Of a stretch of 64,000 nucleotides of DNA, positions 49,647 to 58,909 are shown piece by piece. The DNA is from Gracilimonas sp. Its GTDB lineage: Bacteria; Bacteroidota; Rhodothermia; Balneolales; Balneolaceae. The first letter of the stretch is position 1. The number at the start of each line of letters is the position of its first letter. The notes under the pieces were generated by a model. It searched no databases, was not told where the DNA came from, and saw only the letters and a list, made by a program, of their open reading frames with translations. A program made the position numbers and the translations under genes. The DNA lies in contig JBBDSP010000027.1 in the NCBI GenBank assembly GCA_040904925.1, positions 13,264 through 77,263 on the forward strand, in the 5' to 3' direction.

Positions 49647-49686
49647 CTTTATGCAGAAGTAATGAAGCCTTATATTTAAAACAAAA

Positions 49687-50115
49687 ATGAATATTCAAGA
49701 AACAGAAGATAGAATTATAAGAGAGTTTGAACTGCTGCAGGACTGGCAGGAACGCTACAAGTACATCATCAAGCTCGGAGACAAACTGGAGCCATTATCT
49801 GACGAATACAAGACGGAAGATAACCTTGTGAAAGGATGCCAAAGTCAGGTTTGGTTAACCGCTGAGGTTAAAGATGGAAAAGTGATCTTTAAAGCAGACA
49901 GTGATGCCGCTATAACCAAAGGCTTGGTTTCTTTGATGATCCGGTTCTATTCGGAAAGAGAGCCTGAAGTAATTTTAAATACCCCCCCTTCCTTTATAGA
50001 TAAAATTGGGATGGCCAAGCATTTGTCACCAACACGCGCAAATGGATTAGCTTCCATGGTGAAACAGATGAAAATTTACGCCATGGCCTTTAAATCCCAA
50101 AAAACGTTATCGTAA
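49687..50115 (+). CDS. sufE: Fe-S cluster sulfur acceptor SufE
   Basis: VKGCQSQVWL, ADSDAAITKGL, LSPTRANGL. Confidence 0.95.
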   Translation: MNIQETEDRIIREFELLQDWQERYKYIIKLGDKLEPLSDEYKTEDNLVKGCQSQVWLTAEVKDGKVIFKADSDAAITKGLVSLMIRFYSEREPEVILNTPPSFIDKIGMAKHLSPTRANGLASMVKQMKIYAMAFKSQKTLS

Positions 50116-50171
50116 TCTAATTGTAAGGCTCAGAATAATTGGTTTAATTCCCTCTCTAATGGGGGTTAATA

Positions 50172-52010
50172 ATGGATATGAGCAAAAAATTCTCTCTTAC
50201 AGGTATATCAGATATTGCCCTTGGTAAAGATCTTAGGGCAGATGATGAGATCGTAGGGAAAAAAGCCGGGATGACAGTTTTAAATTCTGTCTCTTTTTTC
50301 CTGGCCGGGGTATCAATACTGTTTCTTGTAGCTTTTCAGATCAATGAATCTGTATCACTTACATGGTTTTTCCTTTCTGAAGCCATCGCATTTCTTTTAA
50401 TTCCGCTTCTTGCTCGTCAGGGTTTTGAGAAGGCAGCAAAGATGCTTCTCATTGCTTATGCAGATATCGGTATTGTGATTTTAAGTGCTGTTTTTGGCGG
50501 AGATGCAATGATACAAGCTTTCTTTATTCCAGCAATGGGATTGTCGATCCTGCTTTTTGACAATACCCAGGTATATCTGAGAAACGTGGGTATTCTGCTT
50601 TCCATACTGTCTTACTTTATATTGGATTACATTATTTTTGACAGGATCAATATTTCTGAAAGCGGGTTTTCTTTAGTAAGATGGGCTGTTTTAACCGGCT
50701 CATTTGTAACTACTTGGCTGATCTTTAATACATTCTCTCAGTTCAAAGAAAATGCAGAGCAGCAGACCATTGAATTGCTTGAAAAAGAAAAAGAACTAAA
50801 TCAGGAGCTTAGCCAAAAGCAGGAAAAGCTGGAAACATATATCGGTCAGCTTGAAGTGGCTACTGAAGAGCTTGCCAAAAGCACAAAGGCTAAATCCGAG
50901 TTTTTAGCTACCATGAGTCATGAGATCAGAACGCCTATGAACGCTATTCTGGGAATGACCCATTTATTAAAGCAAGACAGCCCCCGTAAAGATCAGGTTG
51001 AACCTATTAATATCCTTGATTTTTCAGGAAAAACTCTGTTGTCGCTTATCGACGATGTACTTGACTTTTCAAAAATAGAAGCCGGTAAAATTGAGTTTGA
51101 AAGTATTGAATTCGAGCTCGATAAGCTTATTGATGTCATCATGGAAAGTTTTAAAGCGTCAGCCTCAAAAAAGGGAATAGAGCTTGTAAATAGTATTGAT
51201 GAGAATACCCGAAACACTCTAATTGGTGATCCTGCGAGACTGACTCAGATATTGAATAACCTTGTGAGTAATGCACTGAAGTTTACAGAGGACGGGGAAG
51301 TGAAATTAGCGGTAGAAACCGTAGGTGATTATGATGATGCGGTAAGACTGAGGTTCTCGGTTATAGATACCGGAATTGGGATTGAAGAAGACAGGCTTGA
51401 TACGATCTTCGAAAGCTTCACTCAGGCCAGCCAGAACACTAAGAGATTGTTTGGGGGCACCGGGCTCGGCCTCACCATCAGCAAGCAATTAACAGAGCTT
51501 CAAGGTGGTCAGATCACCGTAGAAAGTGAAGAGGGTAAAGGAAGTACTTTCATGGTAGAGATTACCTTTGATAAGGCCGTAGATAAAAGTGAAGTTGAAG
51601 AGGTTGTTCAAAAAGAAAATACAAGCGATGGTAATACTGGCTTAAAGGTTTTACTGGCAGAAGACAATGTAGTAAACCAAAAAGTGATGATCCGGTTTTT
51701 GGAGCGATGGAACATTGAAATGGTGGTTGTAAATAATGGATTAGAGGTATTGGAAGCGATGCAGGATCACCACTTTGATGTGATATTGATGGATCTTCAG
51801 ATGCCTAAAATGGATGGCTATGAAGCCACTGAACAGATCAGAAAGCTGGACGATCCATATAAGCGGAAAACACCTATCATCGCATTGACTGCTGCTGCCC
51901 TAACAGAAGTTCGGGAAAAAGTATACGCCGCCGGTATGAATGACTTCGTTACCAAGCCATTCAATCCTGAAGAGCTGGAGCAGAAATTATTTGCTTACGC
52001 TGATAAATAA
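50172..52010 (+). CDS. Membrane hybrid histidine kinase/response regulator
   Basis: TM helices; SHEIRTPMN, NLVSNALKF, DTGIG, GTGLGL; receiver AEDN, MDLQMP, KP all intact. Confidence 0.95.
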   Translation: MDMSKKFSLTGISDIALGKDLRADDEIVGKKAGMTVLNSVSFFLAGVSILFLVAFQINESVSLTWFFLSEAIAFLLIPLLARQGFEKAAKMLLIAYADIGIVILSAVFGGDAMIQAFFIPAMGLSILLFDNTQVYLRNVGILLSILSYFILDYIIFDRINISESGFSLVRWAVLTGSFVTTWLIFNTFSQFKENAEQQTIELLEKEKELNQELSQKQEKLETYIGQLEVATEELAKSTKAKSEFLATMSHEIRTPMNAILGMTHLLKQDSPRKDQVEPINILDFSGKTLLSLIDDVLDFSKIEAGKIEFESIEFELDKLIDVIMESFKASASKKGIELVNSIDENTRNTLIGDPARLTQILNNLVSNALKFTEDGEVKLAVETVGDYDDAVRLRFSVIDTGIGIEEDRLDTIFESFTQASQNTKRLFGGTGLGLTISKQLTELQGGQITVESEEGKGSTFMVEITFDKAVDKSEVEEVVQKENTSDGNTGLKVLLAEDNVVNQKVMIRFLERWNIEMVVVNNGLEVLEAMQDHHFDVILMDLQMPKMDGYEATEQIRKLDDPYKRKTPIIALTAAALTEVREKVYAAGMNDFVTKPFNPEELEQKLFAYADK

Positions 52011-52081
52011 CTGAATCATCCTGTATTGAACGTGCAGAGGTTTAGATTTGAGATTGAAAGCCCCGTTTTCCCCACCAATTT

Positions 52082-52375
52082 GTTATCCTTGTAGATGTCA
52101 TGTAATTCGTTGACAAACAGAGACAGGTGACAAGGAAAAAATATCAACTCCAGCTTTGCCTTTTCGACCGGAATGAACGAACCCCAATTGGGTGAGTGAA
52201 GCGGAGAAATCTAACGAGGCGCAATTAAAGCAGCAATGACAACTACCCCTTTTTTTAGATTTGTCGACTCCGTTTGCTTGCTACGCTGCGCAAAGCTCCG
52301 CTCGAAAGGACAAATCGGGATGGGTTGCTATGAAAAATATGTCAAAAATGTCACCGAATCATTTAAGATCTATAA
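52082..52375. mobile_element. Short TIR-bounded element, copy 2
   Basis: Left end ATCCTTGTAGATGTCATGTAATTCGTTGACAAAC; degenerate right end TGTCACCGAATCATTTAAGATCTATAA (52349-52375); inner CCTTTTCGACCGG...GAGAAATCT / AGATTTGTCGACTCCG...TCGAAAGG. Confidence 0.5.
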
Positions 52376-52667
52376 TCCTGATCCAGAATCCTCGGGACGA
52401 AGGATATATGCGGTTAATGTCTCGTTGTTTTTATATGCGAATAAACAATGTAGTGGCAACTACGTTGTGAACGCCAGCTTAAAAGCTCCGCAATAGGCGA
52501 GATCCTTTATTTCATTTCAGGATGACCTTAAGATATAAGGAGTAATTTTTTTAAAATATGAAAGTATAGAACTTTAAACCCGAGACTGGGACTAAAGAAA
52601 AAAGAGCCGCCCCGTATCAGGGAGCGACTCTTGGTTTTTCGGGGTACAAATGAAACTTTTAAGTTTG

Positions 52668-53891
52668 TTAATTCTCCGGTATCTCAATATGGAAGATCGT
52701 GCCTTCTCCTTCCTTGCTTTCCACTTTTATTGTGCCGTGATGAAGTTCTACATAACTCTTAACGATCGGTAAGCCCATTCCGGTACTTATCTCGCCTTGC
52801 GTGCCCTGTCTTTGATGACTTTTATTCTTTTCAAAAATACCGGGCAGAAATTTTTCAGGGATTCCTATTCCGGTATCAGAAACTTTGCAATACAATGTAT
52901 TTTGGTCGGGGCCTTTAAACTCAGTTGAAACCTCAATGGTATCACCATTAGAACTAAACTTCAGTGCATTTGAGATCAGGTTACTGACAATGAGTTTGAA
53001 CTTTTCGTTATCAATCCTGAACGATCTTGAGGTGTCCAAATTAGATTTAATCTCGACTTTTTTTGCTTCTGCAAGCGGCGTATAAATATGAATGAGGTCA
53101 CTGATAGTTTCCTGTAAGTCAACATCATCAAGTATAAGCTTGGATTCACCGTGCTGTAAAGAATTTGAAACAAGTTCCCCGGTGTAATTGATAAGTTTTC
53201 GGCCGCTTAACTCGATCATTTTTAGAAATTGGGACAACTCTTCCCGATCCCCATCCCAATTATTTAGAAGATAATTGGCCGCACCGACGATACCGTTAAT
53301 AGGGCTTTTTATATCGTGGTTTACAGCTCTTAAAAAATGATCCTTTTCACGGTTTAATTTTTCTAATTCACTTTGTTGTTTGCGCAATTCAAGCCGGGCA
53401 ATGATCTCATTGGCCAGGGTCTGAAGTGCTTTTCGCTGGTCTTTGGTAAGTTTCTTTGGCTTATAGTCGAGGACACACAACGCTCCAATATTATATCCAT
53501 CAGGGGTTGTTAGCGGGTATCCGCTATATGATCGATAATTGGGGGCATCCTTTACAAAAGTCATGTTCTTGAATCTATCATCTTTGGTAAGATCCTGAAC
53601 TTCAAAATTCTCATTTCTCAATATGGTATACTGGCATACGGTTTCGTTCCTTGAAGTAGACTCTTTTTTAGCACCATAGGCGGCTTTTGACCACTGCCGG
53701 TTATGATCTAGTAAATTGATCAATGAGACAGGGCTTCCTGTTATTAAAGCTGCCAACTCTACAAGAGAGTCAAACTCGCCTTCGGGAAGGGTGTCTAAAA
53801 TATCGTATTCATCAAGTCTTGCCTGACGTTCCTTTTCATTTACAGGAATCACACTGTTTTGAGAGTCACCTTTATTAACAAGCTTCAGCAT
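52668..53891 (-). CDS. GAF-domain sensor histidine kinase
   Basis: NEKERQARLDEYDILDT, GALCVLDYKP; HDIKSPIN, NLISNALKF, DTGIG, GMGL. Confidence 0.93.
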   Translation of the reverse strand: MLKLVNKGDSQNSVIPVNEKERQARLDEYDILDTLPEGEFDSLVELAALITGSPVSLINLLDHNRQWSKAAYGAKKESTSRNETVCQYTILRNENFEVQDLTKDDRFKNMTFVKDAPNYRSYSGYPLTTPDGYNIGALCVLDYKPKKLTKDQRKALQTLANEIIARLELRKQQSELEKLNREKDHFLRAVNHDIKSPINGIVGAANYLLNNWDGDREELSQFLKMIELSGRKLINYTGELVSNSLQHGESKLILDDVDLQETISDLIHIYTPLAEAKKVEIKSNLDTSRSFRIDNEKFKLIVSNLISNALKFSSNGDTIEVSTEFKGPDQNTLYCKVSDTGIGIPEKFLPGIFEKNKSHQRQGTQGEISTGMGLPIVKSYVELHHGTIKVESKEGEGTIFHIEIPEN

Positions 53892-53901
53892 TATTTTTAG
53901 G

Positions 53902-56862
53902 TTAGTTATTTAAGGCGTTGTGAGGTCCTTTGAGTTCACGTTTGGCAAAACTGACAGAGAGGGTACTATGTTTATCTTTTGTGATCTTCATATTACCGTG
54001 TATTTGCTTAAGCAACACATCTATAAGTTCAAAGTGCAGGCTTTCTTTAGAATCTTTTGCATTCTCAAAATAGGATAGAAGTTCTCTTTCGCCTTCAATG
54101 ATTTTGATGAGAACTGTTTCTCCATCTTCCCTGAGTTCAAAAGTATATCCGGCAGTACCATCTCCATATACCTTACTATTGATCTCTTTGAGGGTGTTGA
54201 TGATCTCATTAAGCAACATGCCGGCAGGAATAGCCTGATTTACATTTAATATGATGTCATCGAGTACATATTCTTTGAAAATAGAAGAATCATTGATGGC
54301 TTCTGAACCACTCATGCTTTCCAGGTAATTCTTGAAATTAACGTGAGACAAGCTCTCATTTTTGTATAAGAGTTCATGGATCTTAGCAATAGAAGTGATC
54401 CGAGACTGAGTTGATGTCAAATGTTTTATCACTTCTTTATTGTCGCTTGCCATCAGATCGAGCTCAAGCAAACCGGAAATTATGGCAAGGTTATTCTTAA
54501 CCCTGTGGTGAACTTCGCCAAGTAATATATTCTTTTCAGTCAGTGAATTTTCTATAATATTTCTGGCTTCAACCTGCTCGGTCACATCAATAGCTTGTAC
54601 AAAAATGTCATAGACCTGGCCATTTTCATCCCGTAAAGGCTTGTACACAAAGTTGAGATAATGTGTTTCTAACTCTTCGCCTTTTTTGAAGTACACTTCT
54701 TTTTCATTGAAGAAGACCGGTTTACCTTCGCTATAGCATTCATCAAGCAGTTGAATAAATCCCTGTCTAGTTAATTCAGGGAGGACTTCTTCAACTGATC
54801 TGCCAATCAAATCGGTTTTGCCAACTAATGTCCTGTAAGTTTCATTAACAAAGGTGAATTTGTGGTTTTCTCCTTCAAGCATGGCAATTGCGGAAGGGGC
54901 TTCCTCAAACATATCTTCCATGTGAAGACGTGCTTTTTTTTCTGTCTCAAGAAGGCCTATAATTTGATTCTCCAGCTCTTTACGTTCCGAAATATCAACG
55001 TACATGCCATAGATGGCTATAATTTCGCCATCAATTTCAACGGGAACTCCACCAACTAATACGGGGACTTCCTTGCCTTGTTTATTTATCCGGAGAGCCT
55101 CGGTTTGGAAACTGTCTCCTGTAAAGCTTAAATGAGAGAGAGCCTTACCTTGTTTATCCATATTTTCAGGAACGATGGTTTTGTTAAGCTCTTTACCCTG
55201 AATATCACACTGAGTGTATCCAAATATATTCTCAAAACTTTTGTTCACACTTTTGACGGTGCCATCGGCATTAACTAATGCAATACCAACAGGAGAGTTA
55301 AAGAATAACTGGTTCAATAACTTTGAATTTTTATTTTTCTCTGACTCTATTTCTTTCAGATCATTGCGGTTCAGTCCACCTCCAACTATATAAGTTTCTC
55401 CATTTTGCTTAAAACTGGTTCCGCTGATCAGATAGTGAACAGTTTGGCCATCCTTGGCGAGGCAGCGAATTTCAGCACTTACTCTTTCACCTTTAAATTC
55501 ACCCTTTAGAATAGTATCCAGCATTGGGCGATCTTCGATGTGGATCAGATCCATTACATTGGAAACAGCTAATTCGCGGGCGGTATAACCAAGGTCGGTT
55601 TCAAGTAAATTGTTCCAGCGAAGCATATCCCCATTGGTGTTGAAGACAAAGAATGCGGTTGGTAAACTTGAAATGGCAGACTCTGTAAATTCTTTTTCTT
55701 CAATGAGCTGTTGCTCTATGGCCTTCCGGGCAGAGATGTCCTTAACATTGATAATAGTTTTTTCGGTACCGTCTTCGGCTTTAAAAATGACAGAGCTTAT
55801 TTCAACGGAAATTTTCCGCCCATCTTTATGAGTGAATTCAACCTCTCCGGTAAAACTCCCATCTTCCCTTCTCTTCTCAAGAGCTTTTTTATTAATAGGG
55901 TGGTTTGAGTCAAAGATTATATCACGGTATTGGCCTTCCAGCTCATCAGCCGTGTACCCTAACATATCACAGGCAGCCGGGTTGACCAAAAGTATTTGGC
56001 CATTCGGCCTGCCTATGATTGTTCCTTCCAGGGTATTGTTGAACTGCAGCTTATACTGCTGTTCAGTACTCTTTAATGCCAGCTCTGCTGTTTTTTTGTC
56101 AGAAATGTCTTTAAAAGCCCAGCTGGTTATTTGTTCGCCATTTTCATTACGAAATAAATTCACGCTTAACTCGATGGGAAGTGCATTCCCATTAGCAGTC
56201 AGGATTTCTCGTTCTCCTAAAAAATGACCTTCGCGATTAATTTTTTTCTGTATCTGGGGAGTGTCTAAACTGATATCAAGGTAGTTTGAAATGTCAGAAA
56301 AAATAATTGCCCGGGTTGTCGTTTCAAGGATCTTACATGCTTCATTATTGGCCTCTATAACAGCATGATTTTCATCCGTAACTAAAATTCCATAGAGGCT
56401 ATTCTGAAAATGTGATTCAAATTTTTGCTGAGTCTCCTTAAGGTACTTGGTGCTTTGAATTTGGGAACTGATGTCATCAAATACCAGCACAGCTCCTTGT
56501 CCATCACCCAGAGATTTTACGGCCACTTTGAACCATTGATGCTTCCCATGGTCGTTGAGAAAATGTTTTGTTTCGAAGGTTTTTGTTTCGCCGCTAAGAA
56601 CATTTTTTATACCCAATAAAAGGCGGAGGGCAAAGTCATTGCCTTCAGCCAAAGGAGTTTGCAGGCTTTTTAATATGTTAGCTTCTAATGCTGGATGACT
56701 CCAGTTTTCTTGTGTTTCCTCTCTGAATATTTTCCACTGTGTATTAAATGCCACTACATTTCCAGTGGGATCTATGATGGCTATATGCGTGTCTAATGCA
56801 TTTAATATGGCTGAGCTGATCGGGTCTAACTCAACAGTAGTATATATCTCGTATCTTTCCAT
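53902..56862 (-). CDS. Multi-PAS HisKA_2-type sensor kinase with a degenerate ATPase domain
   Basis: Six to seven PAS units; EVHHRVKNNL H-box; no DxGxG G1 box. Confidence 0.88.
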   Translation of the reverse strand: MERYEIYTTVELDPISSAILNALDTHIAIIDPTGNVVAFNTQWKIFREETQENWSHPALEANILKSLQTPLAEGNDFALRLLLGIKNVLSGETKTFETKHFLNDHGKHQWFKVAVKSLGDGQGAVLVFDDISSQIQSTKYLKETQQKFESHFQNSLYGILVTDENHAVIEANNEACKILETTTRAIIFSDISNYLDISLDTPQIQKKINREGHFLGEREILTANGNALPIELSVNLFRNENGEQITSWAFKDISDKKTAELALKSTEQQYKLQFNNTLEGTIIGRPNGQILLVNPAACDMLGYTADELEGQYRDIIFDSNHPINKKALEKRREDGSFTGEVEFTHKDGRKISVEISSVIFKAEDGTEKTIINVKDISARKAIEQQLIEEKEFTESAISSLPTAFFVFNTNGDMLRWNNLLETDLGYTARELAVSNVMDLIHIEDRPMLDTILKGEFKGERVSAEIRCLAKDGQTVHYLISGTSFKQNGETYIVGGGLNRNDLKEIESEKNKNSKLLNQLFFNSPVGIALVNADGTVKSVNKSFENIFGYTQCDIQGKELNKTIVPENMDKQGKALSHLSFTGDSFQTEALRINKQGKEVPVLVGGVPVEIDGEIIAIYGMYVDISERKELENQIIGLLETEKKARLHMEDMFEEAPSAIAMLEGENHKFTFVNETYRTLVGKTDLIGRSVEEVLPELTRQGFIQLLDECYSEGKPVFFNEKEVYFKKGEELETHYLNFVYKPLRDENGQVYDIFVQAIDVTEQVEARNIIENSLTEKNILLGEVHHRVKNNLAIISGLLELDLMASDNKEVIKHLTSTQSRITSIAKIHELLYKNESLSHVNFKNYLESMSGSEAINDSSIFKEYVLDDIILNVNQAIPAGMLLNEIINTLKEINSKVYGDGTAGYTFELREDGETVLIKIIEGERELLSYFENAKDSKESLHFELIDVLLKQIHGNMKITKDKHSTLSVSFAKRELKGPHNALNN

Positions 56863-56953
56863 TGTTGTTACGATTGACCTCTAATTATTTTCTATACATA
56901 ATTTACAATCTCTTACAAGCAGATGAATGACGTGAAAAGCCTAATTTTAAAAA

Positions 56954-57001
56954 TAGGTGTAAAAGCCTAAAATTTACCTCCCACCTAAGTAGAAACACCT
57001 A
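56954..57001. promoter_or_regulatory. Two TAGGTGT-N2-heptamer boxes (7-2-7 type)
   Basis: TAGGTGTAAAAGCCTA (56954-56969) and TAAGTAGAAACACCTA (56986-57001; reverse complement TAGGTGTTTCTACTTA). Confidence 0.5.
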
Positions 57002-57085
57002 TCTTCTGATTTGGATTGTATAGTGAATAATTAACCTCAATTCGAGATAAAAAACTTTTGTAATAAGACAAGAGAGTTGGGCTTT

Positions 57086-57493
57086 GTTCATTCCTGTAGA
57101 AGTTAGATAATTCGATGACAAACCGACCCTGTAGGGGTCAAATGTTAATAGCCCAGGGTGAATCCTGTGGAACAGGATGTAACCCTGGGTTAAAGATCAA
57201 TACAAGAGAACCCGAGGCTTAATTTTACTATTGGAAAAATGGCGGCCGAAGGGTTGGGCAACCATCTCTTTACGGCCGTTGTAGCCAAAGCTTCGATGAC
57301 GTTTTGGACGAATACAACCACCGGGCGAAGCTTTCTATCGGTATGGATTCTTTAACCCCGGGCTGTGCCGAAAATAATTTTAACTCCTAATCACGATATC
57401 TTCGGCTTGCCCGGGGCTATTAACATATGACCCCATTCGGGGTCTGCCCCAAACAAACTGTCAACGAATTACCTAACTTCTACAAGGATGAAC
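57086..57493. mobile_element. Short TIR-bounded element, copy 3 (best preserved, MITE/REPIN-like)
   Basis: 35-bp outer IR 57086-57120 / 57459-57493 (31/35); inner ~34-bp IR 57125-57158 / 57410-57444 carrying GACCC(C)..GGGGTC hairpins. Confidence 0.75.
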
Positions 57494-57639
57494 GATGCTG
57501 TGAAGAATCCTGGACTTTCGGTCCAAAGCCAAACTCCTATACTTTCAGTGCGGGATGGTTTAATAGATTTCGGGTTTAGGCCAAGAAATGACAGCAATCC
57601 CTATGGTTGTATTTTTTATAGAAGTTGGACCTGAATCAA

Positions 57640-58038
57640 TTATTCGGGATAGATAATGTAAGAGCCGCCACTCAAAGCTTTGTCTATTGCCTGGGACAAT
57701 TCTTCTTCGGTTGGGGTAACGGAGATAATGCTATTTGCTCCAGCCTCAACCAATGGCTCGATCAGCTTATTATTATCATAGGGGTGTAATACCAAAAGGG
57801 CAGAAGTGGGTGTTTGCTGACTCAATCGCTGAATATTATCGGGAGCATTCCCCAAACCCATGGAAGTGTTGAGGTCAACAATTACAAGATCCAGCGACTC
57901 ATCATCTAAGGTGCTTGGGTCTGAAAAAATTTCACTTGGTTCATAAAAAGTTATATCCGCACCATATGAAGTATTGATGGCCTCACTGATAATACTATTG
58001 GTTTGATTAAGCTTCCCTATGTAAGCAATTATGAGCAT
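57640..58038 (-). CDS. Stand-alone atypical receiver-domain protein
   Basis: LDLVIVDL, EAGANSII, EELSQAIDKALSGGSY resemble NarL-type receivers. Confidence 0.75.
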   Translation of the reverse strand: MLIIAYIGKLNQTNSIISEAINTSYGADITFYEPSEIFSDPSTLDDESLDLVIVDLNTSMGLGNAPDNIQRLSQQTPTSALLVLHPYDNNKLIEPLVEAGANSIISVTPTEEELSQAIDKALSGGSYIIYPE

Positions 58039-58136
58039 GTTTGCAGATGATGAAAGTAGAACTATTTAATGTTGAAGTTAATCGAAAAGAACATTCTTCA
58101 AATCAGTGATAAAACCTATTTTTTTGGAAATCTTTA

Positions 58137-58152
58137 TAGGTGTTTTTACCTA
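58137..58152. promoter_or_regulatory. 7-2-7 inverted heptamer box
   Basis: TAGGTGT-TT-TTACCTA; weaker copy at 58103-58118. Confidence 0.55.
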
Positions 58153-58249
58153 AGTGATTATTGCACAACTGAAGGTAAATGCACGTAATGGTAAACCGGA
58201 GGATGGCAAATTGAAATATGGAGCGACTTACCTAAAGCTGACCTGGGTA

Positions 58250-58909
58250 TCAGCTGTTATTCGGGAAGAGGTTATTTTGAAGGGCGTATTTTACCAGACC
58301 GGCTGTATTTTTTGCCCCTGTTTTTTGTAGAAGATTACGGCGGTGGGCGTCAACGGTACGAACACTTACAAATAATCTATCTGCTATTTCCTGATTTGTA
58401 TATTCATTTACAATGAGTTGAAGGACTTCAAGCTCACGCTCAGTAATGTGAACTTCATCCTCTTCTTTCACTCGTTTAACTTCCGGTGAAACCAGCTCCT
58501 GCAAAATTACCTGTGTAGCATCGTTACTGAAATAGTGCTGGCCATCAATGATGGTTTTGATAGCTTTTATAAGTTCCTGTTTCCCTGAACTTTTAAGTAT
58601 ATAACCCGATGCTCCGGCCTTGATCATTTTCCGGATATGCTGATCTTCACTCAGCATGGTAAGAGCGAGCACCTTTACGTCCGGGTATTTTTCCTTGATG
58701 ATCCTTGTGGCTTCGATTCCATCCATTTCAGGCATGGTGATATCCATTATGATAAGATCCGCCTGTTGTTTCCCGCACATTTTAACGGCTTCTTTACCGG
58801 TTTCAGCCTCTGCAATAATATCCAGGCCGGGTTCATCTTCCAGCAAGATCTTTATTCCATCCCGCACGATCTCGTGATCATCGACTATTGCGATCTGAAT
58901 ATTAGCCAT
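58250..58909 (-). CDS. NarL/LuxR family response regulator
   Basis: VDDHEIVRDG, MDITMP, GYILK, ITERELEVL, TVDAHRRNLLQK. Confidence 0.96.
   Translation of the reverse strand: MANIQIAIVDDHEIVRDGIKILLEDEPGLDIIAEAETGKEAVKMCGKQQADLIIMDITMPEMDGIEATRIIKEKYPDVKVLALTMLSEDQHIRKMIKAGASGYILKSSGKQELIKAIKTIIDGQHYFSNDATQVILQELVSPEVKRVKEEDEVHITERELEVLQLIVNEYTNQEIADRLFVSVRTVDAHRRNLLQKTGAKNTAGLVKYALQNNLFPNNS

Noticed and set aside
57239-57355. 38-codon ORF (MAAEGLGNHL...) inside the TIR element
   Set aside because: It has no clear RBS, motif or transposase similarity and is probably incidental.
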